A stretch of DNA of 64,000 nt from Candidatus Aenigmatarchaeota archaeon (GCA_003554845.1 PWHK01000002.1:3538-67537); one strand, 5' to 3'; counted from the first letter of the stretch, positions 44,685 through 54,733 are shown. Notes: generated by a model not told the origin, from the letters alone. Made by a program: numbers and translations.

Positions 44685-44957
44685 ATGAGCGCTGCAGCTA
44701 AGCTTATATTGGGTGTAGTAGTTATACTCATAGGACTCTGGCTTCTACTTCCTGCAGGTATGGTTTCGGAAATAAAGCCCGAGGAAGGTATCTCTATCAG
44801 ACTGGACTGGTGGCAACCGTTTAAAACTGTTGTCCTGGGTTTGATCCCACCTTTCCTTGTAGTTATCGGGGCCCTTGTAGTCTGGATAGAAGCTGAGGAG
44901 ATGAAGGCACCAGAAGTTCCCGATATAGGAGAAGATCTTGATGAGGAAGAGGAGTAG
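44685..44957 (+). CDS. Small membrane protein with acidic C-terminus
   Basis: 90 aa, two TM helices. GAGGTGA RBS-like site upstream. Confidence 0.4.
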   Translation: MSAAAKLILGVVVILIGLWLLLPAGMVSEIKPEEGISIRLDWWQPFKTVVLGLIPPFLVVIGALVVWIEAEEMKAPEVPDIGEDLDEEEE

Positions 44958-44967
44958 TAGTAACCCT

Positions 44968-45375
44968 TTACTTTTTATTTTTATAGTACTCTGAGAAAAT
45001 CTCCTCGTCTCTTTTGTCTTTTGTCATATATGGAGGGTAGTTCAGAAGTTTAAATCTTCCCAGATCTGATTTTCTTATAAGATGTGGCGATATCTCATAC
45101 TCGTCGAAGTCCTTTACAATTTCATCAAGGGGCTCTGCTATTTCATCGTATTTTTCCACGTCCTCGCAGATGAATACAAGGTCTATATCCGAACCTTCCT
45201 TTGCTTCGTTTCTGGCAACAGAACCATATATAGCACCTACCTCAACAACTTCCCCTAGATTTTCGTAGGTTTTTTCTATGAACTCGGCTCCCTTGTATAC
45301 CATTTTTCTCGACAGTGGATCAAAACCATCGGGATCGATCTCTGTGGTATTTTTGTTACCTTTGAGTAAATACAT
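44968..45375 (-). CDS. Minimal nucleotidyltransferase (MNT-like)
   Basis: 135 aa. GAIYGSVARNEAKEGSDIDLVFICED. Confidence 0.65.
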   Translation of the reverse strand: MYLLKGNKNTTEIDPDGFDPLSRKMVYKGAEFIEKTYENLGEVVEVGAIYGSVARNEAKEGSDIDLVFICEDVEKYDEIAEPLDEIVKDFDEYEISPHLIRKSDLGRFKLLNYPPYMTKDKRDEEIFSEYYKNKK

Positions 45376-45411
45376 AAATTAACTTAGGTTTCTATCTATT
45401 TAAATTTAGTC

Positions 45412-46602
45412 CTACTGTCCCGATGTCAGTATCTTTACTATGTCTCCGTTTTCGAGAACCCTATCAGAACCTACCCTTCTTCCTGATCTGCAGTCTTTTG
45501 CTCCTATGAAGTCTTCTCCTATGTCACTGTGTACCTCGTAGGCGAGGTCCTCTGTAGTCGATCCGTTTTCTAGTAGTACAGCATCCGGAAGCACATTTCC
45601 CTTTTTGTCTGTGTAGCTGTTCTCGTTTTCAACAGGATAGACAACTATCATATCGAGAAGATCAAAGACGGCTCTGTTGACTGTTTCCTGTACCCCTGTT
45701 GAACCATAATTGTCGAGTATTTTCCTGACAAAATCGAGACCCTTTCTTTCCCTTTCGGATATACTTTCTTCATCCAGGATCTTGAAGTCTTCGTCTCCGG
45801 CTACGTAACTTACTTTTTTCTGTTCTGAAGCCTTCCTCAGGGCCAGCTCGGCCTCGGCACAGCAAGGTATCACGTCGATATCTATCTTTTTCTTGAGATC
45901 CTCCAGTTTTTCCTCTGCTCCGGGTATATCTATCTTGTTTGCTGCTACCACCATGGGCTTAGTTATCTTGCGGAGCTCCGTTGAAAAATTGTTTATGTCT
46001 TCTTTATTCCATTTGCTAGGATGGTCTCTGTCCAAGTCCAGTCTACCTAGTGTTTTTTTTATGTCGTCTCTGTCTATCTTGAGGCCGGAGAACCTTGACA
46101 GGAGCTGTTGCTCGAAGTCCTTGTTTTCCATTTCTATCTCCGAGGATAAATTGCTCCACTCTCTTCTGAATATATCTCTGTACCAGAAGTCCAACTCTCT
46201 CTCAAGAAACTCTATATTTTTATATGGGTCGTATCCTTCCGTTGGTTCACCCTCCGAGTCCGTTCTTCCTGATATATCAAGTACATGTATAAGAACATCG
46301 GCCTCCCGCAGATCGTCCAGGAACTGATTGCCAAGTCCCCGTCCTTCGTGTGCATCTGGAACAAGACCTGCTACATCCAGCATCTTTACAGGAACAAACC
46401 TCATGCCATCTATACATTTTCCGTTGGGGTCACATGAAACACCCAGTTCTCTACACGGACATTCAACTGTAACGTATCCTATCCCCTGGTTTGCGTCTAT
46501 GGTTGTAAAGGGGTAGTTGTTTATCTCTATGTCGGCCATTGTACAGGCCTTCATGAACGTTGATTTCCCTGTGTTTGGAGCACCTACAAGACCAACTTTC
46601 AT
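45412..46602 (-). CDS. OBG-family GTPase with C-terminal TGS domain (YchF/DRG-like)
   Basis: 396 aa. G1 GLVGAPNTGKST, G-domain motifs. C-terminal TGS-like ENGDIVKILT. Confidence 0.75.
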   Translation of the reverse strand: MKVGLVGAPNTGKSTFMKACTMADIEINNYPFTTIDANQGIGYVTVECPCRELGVSCDPNGKCIDGMRFVPVKMLDVAGLVPDAHEGRGLGNQFLDDLREADVLIHVLDISGRTDSEGEPTEGYDPYKNIEFLERELDFWYRDIFRREWSNLSSEIEMENKDFEQQLLSRFSGLKIDRDDIKKTLGRLDLDRDHPSKWNKEDINNFSTELRKITKPMVVAANKIDIPGAEEKLEDLKKKIDIDVIPCCAEAELALRKASEQKKVSYVAGDEDFKILDEESISERERKGLDFVRKILDNYGSTGVQETVNRAVFDLLDMIVVYPVENENSYTDKKGNVLPDAVLLENGSTTEDLAYEVHSDIGEDFIGAKDCRSGRRVGSDRVLENGDIVKILTSGQ

Positions 46603-46732
46603 GTTTTAGACTTCGCGAAGAAATATTTAAATCCAAAGTTCCTGTTTACTTCGTCGTCTTTTGCGACGACGTATAACTTTAAAAACGTAAAGACTTAAAC
46701 AATATAAGAATTCAAGAAGGCAAGGTGAGACT

Positions 46733-47236
46733 ATGGAAACCGGTATATGTGAAGTATGTTTGAAGAACGATATGCTCTGTGAGGGCTGTTCCAAGAAGCT
46801 GGAGAATGGAGAAATATCGGAGAAGGCAGTTGAGATATCTAGGTATCTATATTCGCTTGCAGAGGAGTATTCCTACCTTGAGGATATAGAGGTAAATGAG
46901 ATCTACGTAGGAGAAGAGGTTATTGTGATTGTTGTTAAAAAAGAGGACGTAGGTAAGGTGGTGGGTAAGGGAGGAGAGATAGTCAAGAAACTTGCAGGAA
47001 GGGTGGAGAGAGCAATACGTGTCGTTGAGATGGCAAAGGATGTAAAGAAGTTTTCACAGAATCTCCTTCCAGATGTAAAGGTATACGGTGTAAACAGAGT
47101 CTTTTCACCCGATGAAGATTATTACAAGATCATAGTTAGTTCCGATGACTCCAGGAGAATAATGTTGAAGGAGGATGAGTTTTCCGAGGTAGTTGAAAGG
47201 GTTACAGGAGAAAGGGTTAAACTTTCTTTTAGATAG
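46733..47236 (+). CDS. KH-domain RNA-binding protein with N-terminal CxxC...CxxC zinc ribbon
   Basis: 167 aa. CEVCLKNDMLCEGC, then the KH GxxG loop VGKVVGKGGEIVKKL. Confidence 0.5.
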   Translation: METGICEVCLKNDMLCEGCSKKLENGEISEKAVEISRYLYSLAEEYSYLEDIEVNEIYVGEEVIVIVVKKEDVGKVVGKGGEIVKKLAGRVERAIRVVEMAKDVKKFSQNLLPDVKVYGVNRVFSPDEDYYKIIVSSDDSRRIMLKEDEFSEVVERVTGERVKLSFR

Positions 47237-47279
47237 AAGAAACAAGGGATCAGGAAATTAAAGTTTATTTTTTGTCCAT

Positions 47280-47516
47280 ATGGAGAGGGCTTTTTATGTT
47301 TTTTCGATTCATTGTCACTATATGATAGTAACTTTTATAAACAAAGGACTACAATATAATACTGGTAACATGGAATACAAAAATAAAAACATAGACAGCC
47401 GTTCTTCGGATGAATTTCAGACCTTCGCAATAGAGCAGTTTGAGAAGGCATGTGGAGGATGTTACGAGCCAGTTGAGACAAACACAGGATACAAAGTGTT
47501 TGACGAAAACAGGTAG
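47280..47516 (+). CDS. Small hypothetical protein (possibly starting at MEYKNKN, 47371)
   Basis: Short ORF. C-terminal half is protein-like (CGGCYEP). Confidence 0.25.
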   Translation: MERAFYVFSIHCHYMIVTFINKGLQYNTGNMEYKNKNIDSRSSDEFQTFAIEQFEKACGGCYEPVETNTGYKVFDENR

Positions 47517-47600
47517 AGTCTTGATTTAAACATCCCCACCATTTTTTCTTTTATTCCGTAATAATTATAAGGTCAGAAAACAATACAATTACGGTGTATT

Positions 47601-47927
47601 ATGGTTTATATTCAGTCTCTTGGTAGCTTCTTTGTGAGCCTGGTTGTTTCCGGTTTAGTCATATACTTAGTGACCATGTTTCTCGGCAGCGGAAAGGGCA
47701 TAGTGACTGCCCTTTTAACGGCTTTTGTAGGATCAGTTATATACGCCCTTGCATACGTCGTACCCACAACTTTTCTATCTACACTTGTCGCCGGTATAGC
47801 ATGGCTTCTGGCCATACGTCACTTCTACAACACGGGTTGGTTAAGGGCAATTGTCATGGCAGCCGCGATATGGTTTGTAGCTGGTATAGTGAGTACGTTT
47901 CTTCCAACATTGGCCGGTCCGTTCTAG
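47601..47927 (+). CDS. Small 4-TM membrane protein
   Basis: 108 aa, hydrophobic helices throughout. Confidence 0.4.
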   Translation: MVYIQSLGSFFVSLVVSGLVIYLVTMFLGSGKGIVTALLTAFVGSVIYALAYVVPTTFLSTLVAGIAWLLAIRHFYNTGWLRAIVMAAAIWFVAGIVSTFLPTLAGPF

Positions 47928-47985
47928 GAATTAAAAAAGGACAGGGCAACCTTTTATTTTTTAATTATCTTAAGAAGTAGTAGAT

Positions 47986-49743
47986 ATGCGAATTGCAATC
48001 GTTGATAGAGAGAGATGTAATCCCGAGAAATGTAACTGGGAATGCTTCAAGGCATGTCCGATCAATAGAAAGGGGGAAGAATGCATCGTTAAAGGTAAGA
48101 AGGCAGAAATAGAGGAGGCACTATGTATAGGCTGTGGAATATGTGTATCCAAATGCCCCTTCGACGCAATAAAGATTGTTAATACACCCGAAGAACTGGA
48201 AGAGAGGCCTGTCCACCGCTTTGGAAAAAACGCATTTGTTCTTTACAGGCTTCCTATACCTAAGCCAGGAGGGGTTGTTGGTCTTCTTGGTGGAAACGGA
48301 CTTGGGAAGTCGACGGCTCTCAAGATACTTTCTGGTAACATAAAGCCCAATCTCGGCGAGTCCGAGGAGGAATCTTCTCTAGATGATATATCAGGACTTT
48401 TTAGAGGCACCCAGCTACAGGAATATTTCCATGAGATGGAAGATGAGAAGAGAACTGTCTACAAACCACAGAGGGTCGAGGAAATACCAAGGATGTATAA
48501 AGGCAGAGCACGGGACTTTCTGGAGAAAACAGACGAAAGAGGAGTTCTCGATCAAGTTCTACGTAGATTGAGCATAGAAAATGTCATGGATAGAAACCTC
48601 GGCGAGCTTTCAGGTGGGGAGCTACAGAGGGTTGCGATAACTGCTACAATCTGCAGAGATGCGGAGATATACTACTTCGACGAGCCGTCTTCCTATTTGG
48701 ATGTCTATCAGAGGCTTCAGATGGGCAAGCTTATACAGAACCTGGCAGAGGATAGAACAGTTATGGTCGTGGACCATGATCTTGCTACGCTCGACTACCT
48801 TGCCGATACTATACATGTATTTTACGGAGAACCAGGTGCCTACGGTATAGTTTCAAAACCCTACTCCACGAGAAAGGGAATAAATGCATACCTTGAGGGC
48901 TATATAAGAGAGGACAACGTACGTTTCCGGGAAGATCCTGTTAAGTTTGGTATAAGGGCCCCTACAAAGGAGAGGAAGGTAAGTTCTCTTCTTGAATTTC
49001 AGAAAACCGAAAAGAAGCTTGGCGACTTTGAACTCACAGTCGAGAAGGGAAACCTTGCGAAAAAGGAACAGCTTGGAATTTTTGGAGCCAATGCCCTCGG
49101 TAAAAGTACGTTTGCTAAGATACTTGCAGGTGAAATGGAAGCAGATAGCGGAGGACCTGATAGGAACGTGGAGATTTCTTACAAGCCTCAGAAGATAGAA
49201 ACAGGTGGTGAAGGGAGGGTTATAGATTTTCTGTCGAGGGTAGTTGACAATCCATATTCAAACGATTTCAAGAACCAGATACTCCGTCCCCTTGGACTCG
49301 AAGATCTTCTGGAAAACAAGGTATCGACGCTTTCCGGTGGTGAAAGACAGAGGCTTGCAATAGGTGTCTGCCTTTCAAGAGATGCAGATATATATCTAAT
49401 GGACGAGCCCTCTGCGTATCTGGATGTAGATCAGAGACTGAGAGTGGCCAAGCTTATTAGATCCGTTTCTTCACGCAACGAAGCATCCTGTATGGTTATA
49501 GACCATGATATACTTTTCCTTGATTATCTCTCAGATAGAGGCATGGTTTTTCTCGGTGAGCCCGGTATAAGAGGTAGGGCACTTAAGCCTGGAGAACTGG
49601 AGAAGTCCTTCAACAAGTTTCTGGATGACGTTGGAGTTACATTCAGGAGGGATCCCCAGACCGGACGTCCACGTGCAAACAAACCCGACTCGGTTAAGGA
49701 CAGGGAACAGAAGGAGAGTGGCAACTACTACTATATAGAATAA
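47986..49743 (+). CDS. abcE1: ABCE1/RLI ribosome recycling ATPase
   Basis: 585 aa. N-terminal di-cluster ferredoxin CNPEKCNWECFKACP + CIGCGICVSKCP. Two ABC cassettes (LLGGNGLGKST, IFGANALGKST; LSGGE signatures). Confidence 0.95.
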   Translation: MRIAIVDRERCNPEKCNWECFKACPINRKGEECIVKGKKAEIEEALCIGCGICVSKCPFDAIKIVNTPEELEERPVHRFGKNAFVLYRLPIPKPGGVVGLLGGNGLGKSTALKILSGNIKPNLGESEEESSLDDISGLFRGTQLQEYFHEMEDEKRTVYKPQRVEEIPRMYKGRARDFLEKTDERGVLDQVLRRLSIENVMDRNLGELSGGELQRVAITATICRDAEIYYFDEPSSYLDVYQRLQMGKLIQNLAEDRTVMVVDHDLATLDYLADTIHVFYGEPGAYGIVSKPYSTRKGINAYLEGYIREDNVRFREDPVKFGIRAPTKERKVSSLLEFQKTEKKLGDFELTVEKGNLAKKEQLGIFGANALGKSTFAKILAGEMEADSGGPDRNVEISYKPQKIETGGEGRVIDFLSRVVDNPYSNDFKNQILRPLGLEDLLENKVSTLSGGERQRLAIGVCLSRDADIYLMDEPSAYLDVDQRLRVAKLIRSVSSRNEASCMVIDHDILFLDYLSDRGMVFLGEPGIRGRALKPGELEKSFNKFLDDVGVTFRRDPQTGRPRANKPDSVKDREQKESGNYYYIE

Positions 49744-49768
49744 AGAAACTTACTTACAGGACATGGAT

Positions 49769-50203
49769 CTATCTTCTTGGCTGTCTGCTTATCTTCCTAT
49801 CTATGTCTTCGAGTCTTCTGAGTATTTCCTGTAACATCTCCATGGTATCATCTTCTCTTCTATCTCTCGGTGGCCATCTTCTTGCCCTCTGTGTCCTGGG
49901 TTCTCTGTCTGGTTTTCTGTCTCTGTTGTAGTTATTTCTGTTCTCCGCAGGTCTCTGTCTTCCTATTTTTCTGCTTGGTTCAGAGCGCGGTCTTCCGGGG
50001 TTGTTTGTGTTCTGTCTTGTTCCTATCCTTCCGACGCTCTCCTCGGATGGTAGATCAAGATCCCTTCTTTTGTTTCTGTTCGATATAGGAGATCTGTTGT
50101 ACTCGGTGTCTTCGTCGATGCTGGATACCCTTTTTATATTTCTATTTCCAGAACCTTCCTTTTTATCTCCACCGACCATGTCCTTTATTTTGCCCAGTAC
50201 CAT
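49769..50203 (-). CDS. Highly basic, Arg/Asn/Pro-rich low-complexity protein
   Basis: 144 aa, about 25% Arg, RNA-binding-like disordered composition. C-terminal helical segment MEMLQEILRRLEDIDRKI. Confidence 0.4.
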   Translation of the reverse strand: MVLGKIKDMVGGDKKEGSGNRNIKRVSSIDEDTEYNRSPISNRNKRRDLDLPSEESVGRIGTRQNTNNPGRPRSEPSRKIGRQRPAENRNNYNRDRKPDREPRTQRARRWPPRDRREDDTMEMLQEILRRLEDIDRKISRQPRR

Positions 50204-50278
50204 AATTTTATTATTGTCGGGGAGTATTTATTAGTGTTGTAGCTCAGAAAATTTAATGTTCCACGGGGTAAACCATCT

Positions 50279-51556
50279 ATGCCTGTTAAAACTGTAGATG
50301 AGTCGAAGAGCAAAGGACCGACAAAGAGTGTAAGTTCCCTCAGAGAAAAGAATCTCCCCTTTGCAGGTAAACCCGGTTTTCCTTCGGGCATATACTTCGG
50401 TATGATAGACATACTAGAGGACAACATGGGCTACGAGGTCAGAAAGGTAAAGGATTGGATAGAGGTCAATCCCCAGTCGTCCTTTTACGACGAACTTGCC
50501 CAAAGAAAGCAGTCCATAGAGCAGCAGGTAGGTGCAGTTACAAACAGAATTTCTGATACAAGAAAAACTCTTGAGATGCTCCGGCACGACAAAAGAAAGC
50601 TCCAGAGAATCATCGATCATAAAGAGGAAGGTGATCTGGATGTCTTGAAAAGCGACTTTGTCGACCTCGTGGATAGAAATACAAATATGAGTCTTCTTGA
50701 TCTGGCAAACAGTGGGAGACTTCCTTCCATAATCGTTGACTTCTATAAAGTCGAGGATAAGGAGGACATCGAAAATCTGGAAGTTTCAAAGGGAGAGAAG
50801 CAGATACTCAAAAAGAAATGGTCCCTTTTCCAGGACTGGAAGAAGAGGTTTGTCGGCGAGATAGAAAGAAGGATGTCCACTATAGAAAGTGAGATAAGGT
50901 CACACGAGGAGACCATAGACAATCTTAAGGATACTCTACATCCATATGCAAAGGCCCTTAAGAGGATAAGGTTAGGTGAACCAAAGGAATACCACGGCAT
51001 AGACGATCCAAGGGTCATAGAGAGATATGCGAACTCTATATGTGGAGTCGACCTCTATGCCTGGAAAGACCTGAGTTCTATGTCCTTCTACGCAGAGGAA
51101 GATGTTATAAAACCCGAGGTTTATGAAGAACTTTCTGGTGAGGAGCCGGGTTACGAGTTCTACTCATTTTTTGAAATAAGCGTCAGAAAGAAGAGTTCCG
51201 TTGTCTCCGGTGAGAGCATGGAGATTGTTGTCATAAGCATAAATCCACAGCTTCTCCACCGTAAGGATCTCATTGAGAAGAAGAAGCAGCTGGAAAAGGA
51301 AAAGAAGAAGTTGTACAACTCTATACAGAGACTGAGCGGAGAGCCTGTCGAAGTCGAGGAAGAAGAGGAAGAGGAAGACAGTATGGGAGATCGTGTCAAG
51401 GACTTCGGAAAGAAAATACTGGGTATTCCCGATGTGAGGAATGGTCCACATAGAAGCGAGTTCGAAAATATAGTCGCCGAGGAAACAAACATACTTTATG
51501 AAAGAGTAAAGGACCTGGGAGATGGCCTAAAGCTCTGGAAGTTCAGAAAGGGTTGA
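50279..51556 (+). CDS. Hypothetical coiled-coil protein
   Basis: 425 aa, long heptad-like K/E segments, poly-Glu stretch. No motif recognised. Confidence 0.5.
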   Translation: MPVKTVDESKSKGPTKSVSSLREKNLPFAGKPGFPSGIYFGMIDILEDNMGYEVRKVKDWIEVNPQSSFYDELAQRKQSIEQQVGAVTNRISDTRKTLEMLRHDKRKLQRIIDHKEEGDLDVLKSDFVDLVDRNTNMSLLDLANSGRLPSIIVDFYKVEDKEDIENLEVSKGEKQILKKKWSLFQDWKKRFVGEIERRMSTIESEIRSHEETIDNLKDTLHPYAKALKRIRLGEPKEYHGIDDPRVIERYANSICGVDLYAWKDLSSMSFYAEEDVIKPEVYEELSGEEPGYEFYSFFEISVRKKSSVVSGESMEIVVISINPQLLHRKDLIEKKKQLEKEKKKLYNSIQRLSGEPVEVEEEEEEEDSMGDRVKDFGKKILGIPDVRNGPHRSEFENIVAEETNILYERVKDLGDGLKLWKFRKG

Positions 51557-53256
51557 TCAATTTGCTTAAAACAATAAAGAAGTCCCTTGGTTTTTCAGAA
51601 GAGAGGAGGAAACTGGAACCCGAAGGATACATTGTACAGGCAAATTCCTGGCCTGAGATGGCCCAAAAGAGAATACTCGAAGAAGTTTCTTCTCTTTCTC
51701 AAAAGGGAGTCTCTTCCATCGAGATCACTCTAAACCATCCCGAATCACTGACCCCACATGCTGTCAGGGAAATAAAGAACTTCCACGAACAGGAAGATGT
51801 TAAGGTCAATATACACGCATCGCTCCAGTTGAGGACAGCCATGGCTGAGAAGAAGAGCTATAAGCGTGTAGATGAGTACATGAGAGGGTTTATACAGAAG
51901 GCTGATGAGATAGGATCCAGTTATGTAAATGTTCATACCTCCCTGTTTCCAAGCCCTGAACTTGGTAGGATGAGGGGAGTAATGTACGAGGTCATGTACC
52001 ATCCTGATGGATATCCTATAGTTGACTTCCTCGAAGAGCTCAAGGACAAATACTTTGACTCGGAGACCTTTGAATGGATAGTCAGGGATCTGAAGAAGAA
52101 GGTCGGGGTTCCTCAGGGCGGTAGGATAGCTGAAGTTATCTCTTCCAACGAAGAATATCTGGAAGATCTTGTTAGTGAAGAAGAGATTTCCATGTTGAAG
52201 AGTCGGATGGAAGACGATCCTCGTGTGTCTTCAGAAGAGGTAACCAGAGAAATGGCAAGGAATAGGATTTTAAATGAGCTTATGGGAAGTAGACAGCGAA
52301 TTTTAATGAAATACCGTGAAAAGGATCAGGACTTCAAGCTTAAAGTCGAGAAGGATGCTCTCAGGGAAGTGATCGAAGAAGGTGATATAGACCTTGAGAG
52401 AATTTTTAACGAGTTCAGAACCTACCAGTTGATAGGCTGGTGGATGTATGAAAAAAATGATCCTATATGGAGGAAGATATGTGGAAAAAGGAGCCCGAAG
52501 GATCTGGAAGAGGAAAAGAGCATGGATCTCTTGGTGGATGCTGTTGCCGGTAGATATATACAGGGACATGTCAAAAACTGGAACAAGGAGTTAGAGGGTA
52601 CAGATGTAGTTGTGACCTTTGAGACACCTGATGCAAGAGAATCAGAGTTTCTTGGATACTACAGACTGGTTAATCCAAAGCATATATACAGAGTTGTCAA
52701 AGCCATAGATCATTCACAGATAAGGCTTTGTTTTGACTTTGAACATATAGCGACCCAGGGACTTAATCCAAAGAAAATTCTCAGGGAAACTGAAGATAAC
52801 ATTGGAGAGGAAACTTATCTGGTCCATCTATCCAGTAGGCCTTCTCCAGGTCATGAGCACTTTCCACTTCAGAAGGGTGAACACCATCTCTACGAGATGC
52901 TGTGGGAACTCAGGAAAAAAGGTTTTGAGAGGGGTTATATCAGCTTCGAGAGAGGAGGTGGCCAGGGAAGCGGTGGTGAAGGAGATCAGGTCTGGAAACA
53001 GTCTATATCTATAGTCAAGGACATGGCCATGTATCTCGAAGACGGAATATCTCCAGGTGAGCTTCCAATTGAGTTTTATGGTTACAGTGACAAGGAGTTC
53101 AAGAGGGATCAGGCAGTTGTTCAGAGCAATACCTTTGAGCCTATAAAGGGACTTATCGAGTCTCCACAGATGCAGGACACCTTCCTTGGAAAACACGCTA
53201 CTGAAACGGAGCCCAGGATGCGCGGCGATGGTTGGAAAGAAGAAGAACACCAGTAG
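51553..53256 (+). CDS. Xylose-isomerase-like TIM-barrel (AP-endonuclease family 2 / sugar-phosphate isomerase-like) protein with ~190-aa insertion
   Basis: 567 aa. N-terminal barrel strands (VNIHASL, YVNVHTS). C-terminal metal-ligand pattern LCFDFEH, YLVHLSS, HEHFP, ISFE. Long charged insert between. Confidence 0.45.
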   Translation: MINLLKTIKKSLGFSEERRKLEPEGYIVQANSWPEMAQKRILEEVSSLSQKGVSSIEITLNHPESLTPHAVREIKNFHEQEDVKVNIHASLQLRTAMAEKKSYKRVDEYMRGFIQKADEIGSSYVNVHTSLFPSPELGRMRGVMYEVMYHPDGYPIVDFLEELKDKYFDSETFEWIVRDLKKKVGVPQGGRIAEVISSNEEYLEDLVSEEEISMLKSRMEDDPRVSSEEVTREMARNRILNELMGSRQRILMKYREKDQDFKLKVEKDALREVIEEGDIDLERIFNEFRTYQLIGWWMYEKNDPIWRKICGKRSPKDLEEEKSMDLLVDAVAGRYIQGHVKNWNKELEGTDVVVTFETPDARESEFLGYYRLVNPKHIYRVVKAIDHSQIRLCFDFEHIATQGLNPKKILRETEDNIGEETYLVHLSSRPSPGHEHFPLQKGEHHLYEMLWELRKKGFERGYISFERGGGQGSGGEGDQVWKQSISIVKDMAMYLEDGISPGELPIEFYGYSDKEFKRDQAVVQSNTFEPIKGLIESPQMQDTFLGKHATETEPRMRGDGWKEEEHQ

Positions 53257-53291
53257 GCAAACTTTTAAATAGTATAAGTTGTAACTATTAA

Positions 53292-54671
53292 GTGGTAAAA
53301 GGTGAAACCATGCCAGAAAGAAATGATATTGATTCTAATGGACTGAAGCCTGATGAGACGTTTGTCGGTAAAGCCAAGGACTTCCGTTCCACAAAAAGAA
53401 AGATAAAGGACTTCCAGAAAAAGCGGAGAATGGATGCCGCCGAGAAGTTTAAGAAAGAGGCACTAGAGAAGCACGGCAAATATATCAATGCTATAATTGG
53501 AACAGGATCTGTTACCAGGGATGAATTCTCCTCGGAATCGGATCTTGATATAACGGTTTTTGTCGACGATACAAAGGAGGGTGTCGACAGGAAGAAGAGA
53601 AAGGAGATAGAAAAAGACCTCAAGGAAATAGCAGATGACTGCGGAAAGACTAAGTCTGGCAGCCACATACTACATGTTCAGCCACCCTGGACTATAACGG
53701 AGTACTGGGACATGATGAGGAGAGGAAGCCCTGTGGCACATTCCTGGACACAGGATGCTACTGCTTTCTACGACGAAGGATTTTTCGGTCCAATACAGAG
53801 GCTTTATAAGATGGGCAAGCTCCCGGCGACAAGGAAGTCTGCGGAGAAGAGAATGTCCAAGGTTCCGAAGAGGCTTAACCGTGCGGAGAGAATGAAGGTT
53901 CTCATAGTTGCAAAGGACATATACAATGCTATGACAAACTCTCTTCAGGCAGTTATTGTCTATATGGGCGAGGAGGTTCCTGCACCTAAGCAGCTTGCAA
54001 AGATAGCCAGGGAGGAACTGGTATCACGTGATCTCCTTGCTGAGGAATATGTAAAACAGTACGAGGAAGTTTATTCTCTCTACAAGGACGTTGAGCACAA
54101 CAACATAGATACAATGAAAGGTGAGAAGGTCGATGAGTACATAGACATGGGTAAGAAGTTTGTAAACGAGATGCAGAAACTCATGAAGAAGATAGAGATA
54201 AGTAGAAAGGCGAGAAAGATACAGTCAAACTACGAGTCTATGATAAAGACATCTGTTGCTGCTCTCAAGGCCCTGGACAAACTTCCCGAGGATCCAAAGG
54301 ATTTACCGGATGCATTCAACAAGCATCTCATAGAAGAAGAGCTAATAGATCCACGGTACAAGAAGACACTGGGTAAGGTTCTTGAGATGAAGAAGAAGCT
54401 CAACGACAAAGATGTGGAGGATATAACAGAGCATCAGATAAATGTTGCAAAGGACTTTGTCAAGGGATTTATGAGAGATATACATGGACTTCTCAAGGAA
54501 AGGGATCTCAAGCCAGAGGACATAAAGGAGAGTATGAAACCGAAGAATGCACCCAAGCCCGATGAAATCGACCCGGAAAAAAACAAAGACAGTTTCAAAT
54601 GCGATGAGTGTGGTAAGGATTTCAAGAGTGAGAAGGGTCTTAAGATACATAAAAGCCGGGTTCATGGTTGA
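53292..54671 (+). CDS. Nucleotidyltransferase-domain protein with helical body and C-terminal C2H2 zinc finger
   Basis: 459 aa. IIGTGSVTRDEFSSESDLDITVFVDD (GS...DxD). C-terminus FKCDECGKDFKSEKGLKIHKSRVHG. Confidence 0.55.
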   Translation: MVKGETMPERNDIDSNGLKPDETFVGKAKDFRSTKRKIKDFQKKRRMDAAEKFKKEALEKHGKYINAIIGTGSVTRDEFSSESDLDITVFVDDTKEGVDRKKRKEIEKDLKEIADDCGKTKSGSHILHVQPPWTITEYWDMMRRGSPVAHSWTQDATAFYDEGFFGPIQRLYKMGKLPATRKSAEKRMSKVPKRLNRAERMKVLIVAKDIYNAMTNSLQAVIVYMGEEVPAPKQLAKIAREELVSRDLLAEEYVKQYEEVYSLYKDVEHNNIDTMKGEKVDEYIDMGKKFVNEMQKLMKKIEISRKARKIQSNYESMIKTSVAALKALDKLPEDPKDLPDAFNKHLIEEELIDPRYKKTLGKVLEMKKKLNDKDVEDITEHQINVAKDFVKGFMRDIHGLLKERDLKPEDIKESMKPKNAPKPDEIDPEKNKDSFKCDECGKDFKSEKGLKIHKSRVHG

Positions 54672-54733
54672 GTAAGATTTCTAGGCACCTTCGACTGTTA
54701 ACTTTAAAAAACTCCCTTCCAAACTTCTAACGA

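Noticed and set aside
51357-51380. GAA/GAG simple repeat
   Set aside because: Encodes a poly-Glu run inside the coiled-coil protein gene. It is a low-complexity coding feature, not a genomic repeat element.
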